Below the pieces are notes generated by a model. That model was not told where the DNA came from. It did not search any database and was given only the letters and a program-made list of their open reading frames with translations. Shown here piece by piece: positions 59,250 through 64,000 of a stretch of DNA of 64,000 bases. The translations under genes and the position numbers were made by a program. The stretch's first letter is position 1, and the number at the start of each line of letters is the position of its first letter. Origin of the DNA: Podospora anserina (Eukaryota); assembly GCA_017654855.1 (NCBI GenBank), contig CM030332.1, positions 3,906,001 to 3,970,000 of the forward strand, given 5' to 3'.

Positions 59250-61736
59250 TTTGACTAATTGATGGTGATGGATGTTGTTCTGGATTATACAGAGTAAACG
59301 ATGGTGGTGGTGAGTGAGATGAAGTACAACTGCGAGTTTGAGCGAACAAGAGGTCAGCTGATGCGACGGTAAATAAGCTTTTGGGATGTGAAGAAAACAG
59401 AATTGGCGGTGGGAGGAAAACCGAGGTCGCGGTCGAGGTGGAAACGTCGGGGGAGGATGGATATGGGTGGATCGATTCGAAGAAAGGCGCGCAATCTCGT
59501 TGCTGGGGGCACGATCATGTACTTACCACTTGTGGAATGTTGAACGACTCGGTTGAGCTGGTGGTTGGAATGGAAAAACGAAGAGTTTAAAAAACGACTG
59601 TGGTGAAAGTGTAATTATTATGATGTAAATGTGGGCAGTCCCGAGACAAGTCACAGAGATATGTGAGTAGTGGTGGTGGTGGGAAAAGGAAGGACAGGCA
59701 GGAAGGAGAGGAGGAAGAAGAGCTCTCTCAAAAGAGGAAGAGAGGAAAGAGGCGCAGGGGCCAAAATAGCTAAACAGCCAAGAACGCGTCCTGGAGTTCC
59801 AATCTTGTTTGGCGAATGGGGAGGCGTTGACACAACGATTTTACCAGTTGGCGGATCCACCCCCAGAAAAAGACGCCGCGAATGGGGAAAAGCTTTTTTG
59901 GCACGGCAAGGCTGGACAGGCACAGACAGGGGAAGGCACAGGGTCTGGGTTTGAGCGGGAAGGGAAGAACCCCAGATCCCGTTCTCTCAAGAGGAACACA
60001 TGATGGAGGCACAGAGAGGGAGGGAGTGAGTCGCATGATCCCCGCGACAGTGAAACCGAGCACTATTATTCCCTATTCCTCCTCTCTGCCACGCAGTTTG
60101 TGTCCTCTACGACACTCCTTCGTGACGGTGCCCGCGGTGCGGACGAGAAGAAAGCACAGCGCCAACAACCACCATGTGGAAATTACTCCTAAATCCAGAA
60201 TTGCGCCAATTCGGGCTACGACGCTGTTGGTTTCCTGGATCCCTTCCCTGTCATGCGATGTTACACACATTCTTGCCTAGCAGTGACTGACTGTTGGCTT
60301 TTGGCTGTCACTTAATCACTGCTGTCAGACGGCATTGTGTGCGCTACGGAAAGTCATTCTTCTCTTGTTGCTCTATCTTCAAGATGACGGAATGCACGTG
60401 GGACAGTGGAATGCGATGTGTGCTGTGGACCTCATCTCGCTGCGCTGCATCAGATCGACCCGCTTCAGATGGTTGTGCTCCACGGCGACCCCTTCAGGGT
60501 TTTTTGGTTCCTTGCAGAGCTGCAGACCAGATTGTCGTCATTGCACATCACTGCCCCTTCCAGAACCCTTCACCATGTCTCGAATCTGGAATCCGGAAAA
60601 ACAATGTCTGGAGTTCGGGACCATTTCTGGTATTTCTTCAATGCCGGGCAACGCAACCGCAGGTCAACCGAGAGGTTATGATGTCGATGCGAGTTACAGA
60701 GATATTGCATGTCACAGCATGACGAAGCCCGACGTCTAGAACGGGGGCATATGGCTCACATGCCACTCCTGCCGAGCAGTTTGGTTTGTGCATTGCGGGG
60801 TCAAAAGGCACACACCACGGCCACGGCAGCCTGCATCTGGACGTTCGCAACCATGGATATGATGGCGAACTGGTGACCTATGCAGCCAGACGTTACACGG
60901 TGATCGCGCCGCCATCCCAACTTACACATATTCAAAGTCTTAGCGCCATAGTAACACGAGAATGCGAGTGACGCTACAGGCCGCTTGAACGCGGGTCAGC
61001 GTGGTCACACCAGAATATATTAAAGGAATACATCAGATACCTACTCTGTTAGTGCGGTCAAAAATTGAGTCTCCTCGGGGCTGGGTGGGTGTGGCTGCGC
61101 CTGCGATTGAGTGCGCGGCCGGTTTGCCTCCTGACGATAGTCACCATGCAAGATCAGACAGGTCAGGTAGTATTCCAAGCGTCTCTAAACAAAATCTTCG
61201 CAGAATGGCAAAGGCCTCGGAAGTATTGAGGGTGAGACTAGTCCGCGAAAGATACACCAATCAAAAAGTCGATTGACTGATAATTGTATGCTGAGGCTTT
61301 GTGCCACCTTGGTATACATGCCATCGTGGCGTTGAACTACCATCAAGGTCACGGGGGTTACTTGTGCTCCTGGATGTTCGTATGCGATAGCTCTGTGCGG
61401 CAAAACGGGTTCGAGTTGCAAGTTGCTGTCACCGAGTAGGTTTTCAACGGCATCATTCCGTGGTTGTGAGATCAGGCGGCTCTGTCGGAAACAATTCGCT
61501 GGCGGATAAACCGTGTAACCTCCGGCAACACACAACCGGATGCCTCAGCTAGATTCTGAATCAACTCCGGGAAGAAAAATCCTGGAACATCATTCGACCT
61601 CGGCTTCCAACTTCCCGTGTGAGGATATCCCGAGTTGAATTTTCAACGTGGCCGAGTTGATCAAACAGCAGATATCCAGGTTCAGAATTCAGTGACTTCT
61701 ATCCAACCGACGTTTCGTACTCCCAAATGTCGGCAG

Positions 61737-62907
61737 TCATGAGAGCTGGCAGTCGACGACGCCTCTGACAACACCAGTGCGTTCCTCAAACAGGTTGTTC
61801 ACTGTTGTCCCAAGGCCCCTCATCTTTTCTACAAAATCATCCAGCGAGCCTCCAACGCCAAAGTAAAGCTTCTTTGCGCCAATGACAGCTCTGGCAGAAC
61901 CGCTTGGTCTGTCTTTCCGCTCTCGCTCAAGAATCAGAAGAAGAGTCTCGCCGAATCTTTCAAGGGCAAAAGGAGAATAAATAGTCTCCGAACCAAGCAC
62001 AAGAGTCTTGGTGTTATCCGCAAGACTTGGGGCATTCGGTGAGCTGTAGAGAATATCCACAAACTCTGGTGACCAAGCACCAGAAAGAAATCTCAAAGTG
62101 ATCTGGTTGGAAACCAGAGAGTCCTTGAAAGCCGCGATAATCTCCGGTGTCAGATCGAGTTCTCCGTCGGGTGTAAAAGCCTCTTCGACGAGCGCTACTC
62201 GGCTTCGTTGCTGAAGAGCCCAGGCCAAGATGAGATTGGGCAACGTCACCAGATAGAGCACAGAGGGGTTATAGTCTGCAAGCGTGAGCACCAGCGGGTG
62301 TCTCGGTTGTGACTTTCTTTCGCTCAAGGCCCAGTGAAAGAGTGCGAGAGAGGGCAAGGCCGTGCCGCAGCCGAGCTGTACACATTGGTCAGCAATTCGT
62401 TTCTCGGCAGGAGGTTTAGGGACGTCAGATATTTCGCCGCACCTCGATCAAGACACACGGCTCTTGATTCAAAAAATCGGCCGGCTTTTCCGATGCCAAG
62501 ACCTTGACCATATCAACACTGCTCTCCCAGCTCTTGAAGCCACCCTCATAAATCCCCGTCTTGACGTCGTGCTCCCCAAGACCAGCCTCTGACTCAGATG
62601 GGTTTTCCCCATCATCCTCAGCCATCAGCTGAGCCCGCACATCCCAGAGCTCACGCCTTGGTATTTGGAGTGTGCTACCATCCTGAAGATTGACACCGAG
62701 CAGGTTGAAGGCTATCTTGGAGGGTAGCTTCGAAAGCATGTCCTCGAGATCATGGCTGGCTGGTGGTAATTGGGGCTTGTCCTGAACTGGAAATGCACCG
62801 GCCCCCGCGGGCGAGGCCACAGCTGACTTCTTGACTTGGGGTGGAGGGGTGAGCGGACGACCATCGTCTTCTATATCATCGCCGGCGAACGAGAATGAAA
62901 AGGCCAT
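61737..62907 (-). CDS. HPM1: protein histidine methyltransferase 1 (Hpm1/METTL18-like); intron ~62377-62441
   Basis: MAFSFSF, PRRELWDVRAQLMAED, DVKTGIYEGGFKSWESSVD, IE|LGCGTALPSL, LADYN, GSETIY, AKKLYFGVGGS. Confidence 0.92.
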
Positions 62908-63055
62908 GGTTCAGACTGGGGGTGGGGATCTGATATATGTCGGTTATGCCCAAACAGCAGCTGACTGTACCGGGTTCCAAATTGCTCACGTGAAGCAGCG
63001 AATGATATCGATGTCTCTTACTACAGTTTCCAGGAATGTGAGTCTCTTTCAGCTG

Positions 63056-63091
63056 AGGTGGTGGTGGTGGTGGTGGTGGTGGTGGTGGTGG
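63056..63091. repeat. (GGT)n microsatellite, about 11-12 units
   Basis: Perfect GGT run just upstream of the HPM1-like gene. Confidence 0.9.
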
Positions 63092-64000
63092 TAGGGTTGG
63101 GTAGGATTTGAACGGTAGTGGGGCAGCAAACGGTGGTTGTTTGAGGCATGTGGTCCGTGTGCTGTCAGCTTTCAGCCCCCAATTTCAATTCCAACCAAGC
63201 TGAAGAGAAAGCGGAGTTTTTCCGCTTGAAATGCTCCGAAGGCTTGCAATTGGGGCCACATTTTAACCGTTGCAACTTGCACTTGCAGCCCGCCGCTGTC
63301 TCTCTGTCAGCATCGAGGAGGCACGTTCAGCAGGAAGCACAGCGCAGACGGGAAGGTGCCGTTAGGAAAAGCTCCCCACTTCTTACTGGCCCTCGGCTGA
63401 GCATGCAATTCGCTGCTCACCGGCATATGTCGATAACGGCTGTGGTTGGACAGCATACGACAGGACCGGCCATCCCAAGCGTCTCTCACATTCACGCGGG
63501 TCTCTTTCTCTTCGTTGGAACGGGCTGGCCATCACTTTCCTGGTTCGGGGGACGGATCAAACAAACCCAATATGCGGCAGCCTTGAAGCCGATAACCCCA
63601 TTGGATCTCGAGATCCTCTTCAGTGAAGGCTTCCAACAGCCCCCGCGCCGACAGCGGGGATACATGCAGGGCCCTTCTTCTTCGATATCTTTTCGTCTCT
63701 TCTTGCTTGAAGGAATTATCGGCCGGCGTAAATGGACGGGAACCGTAAATCAGCCAACTATGGATCGCACCCGTCGGGAGATACCCCTCTGTTCGGGGTT
63801 AGGTTGAGCTCGTGGCCGTCGATTGTCTCATGGGGCTGGATCGTCATATACTTGGAGGCTCCTTCTCTTCCATCCTAGTTTGGGATACCCACAATACTCT
63901 GTTTGCTGACAGCGCCTGCCTTGTCTTGGAGAGGGGAACCGTATTCCTCATTCTGAGGCACTTGCCCAACCGGGAAGAGCAAATCAAGGTCAGGGTACGG

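Noticed and set aside
59300-61700. Short ORFs or a possible transposon relic upstream of the GPI gene
   Set aside because: No transposase or RT motifs, terminal repeats or AT-rich RIP signature seen.
63148-63807. 219-aa ORF at the window end
   Set aside because: No recognisable motifs or coding-like bias; probably promoter or leader of a gene beyond the window.

Overview
Eukaryotic, gene-dense, intron-containing DNA from a filamentous ascomycete. The GT..CTRAC..YAG introns of about 50-90 nt and the gene content point to Sordariales, Podospora-like; this is an inference. About 23 protein-coding genes are supported: two MFS transporters, a cytochrome P450, TFIIS, a Scm3-domain protein, a DUF185/NDUFAF7-type methyltransferase, cysteine synthase 2, two secreted low-complexity proteins, mitochondrial AspRS, ANTH/AP180, MAT1/Tfb3, NudC, a frameshifted Bud27/URI-like gene, GUP1, an Hrt3-like F-box protein, AlaRS, an RCR-like protein, PTC7, a GPI Ser/Thr-rich protein, HPM1 and conserved hypotheticals. 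The most interesting signals are non-coding. (1) A 5S rRNA gene apparently split by a 1.64 kb insert, flanked by a TGCCGAG direct repeat and carrying a truncated ribokinase. (2) A gene whose last 9 codons, including the stop, repeat in frame about 9 times behind TAG stops, a candidate for stop-loss by A-to-I editing or readthrough. (3) A candidate Pol III structured ncRNA at about 2.1 kb. (4) A roughly 500-nt highly structured intergenic RNA candidate at 42.7-43.2 kb. (5) A probable H/ACA snoRNA in the long first intron of AlaRS. All family assignments are by eye from remembered motifs; no database search was run.
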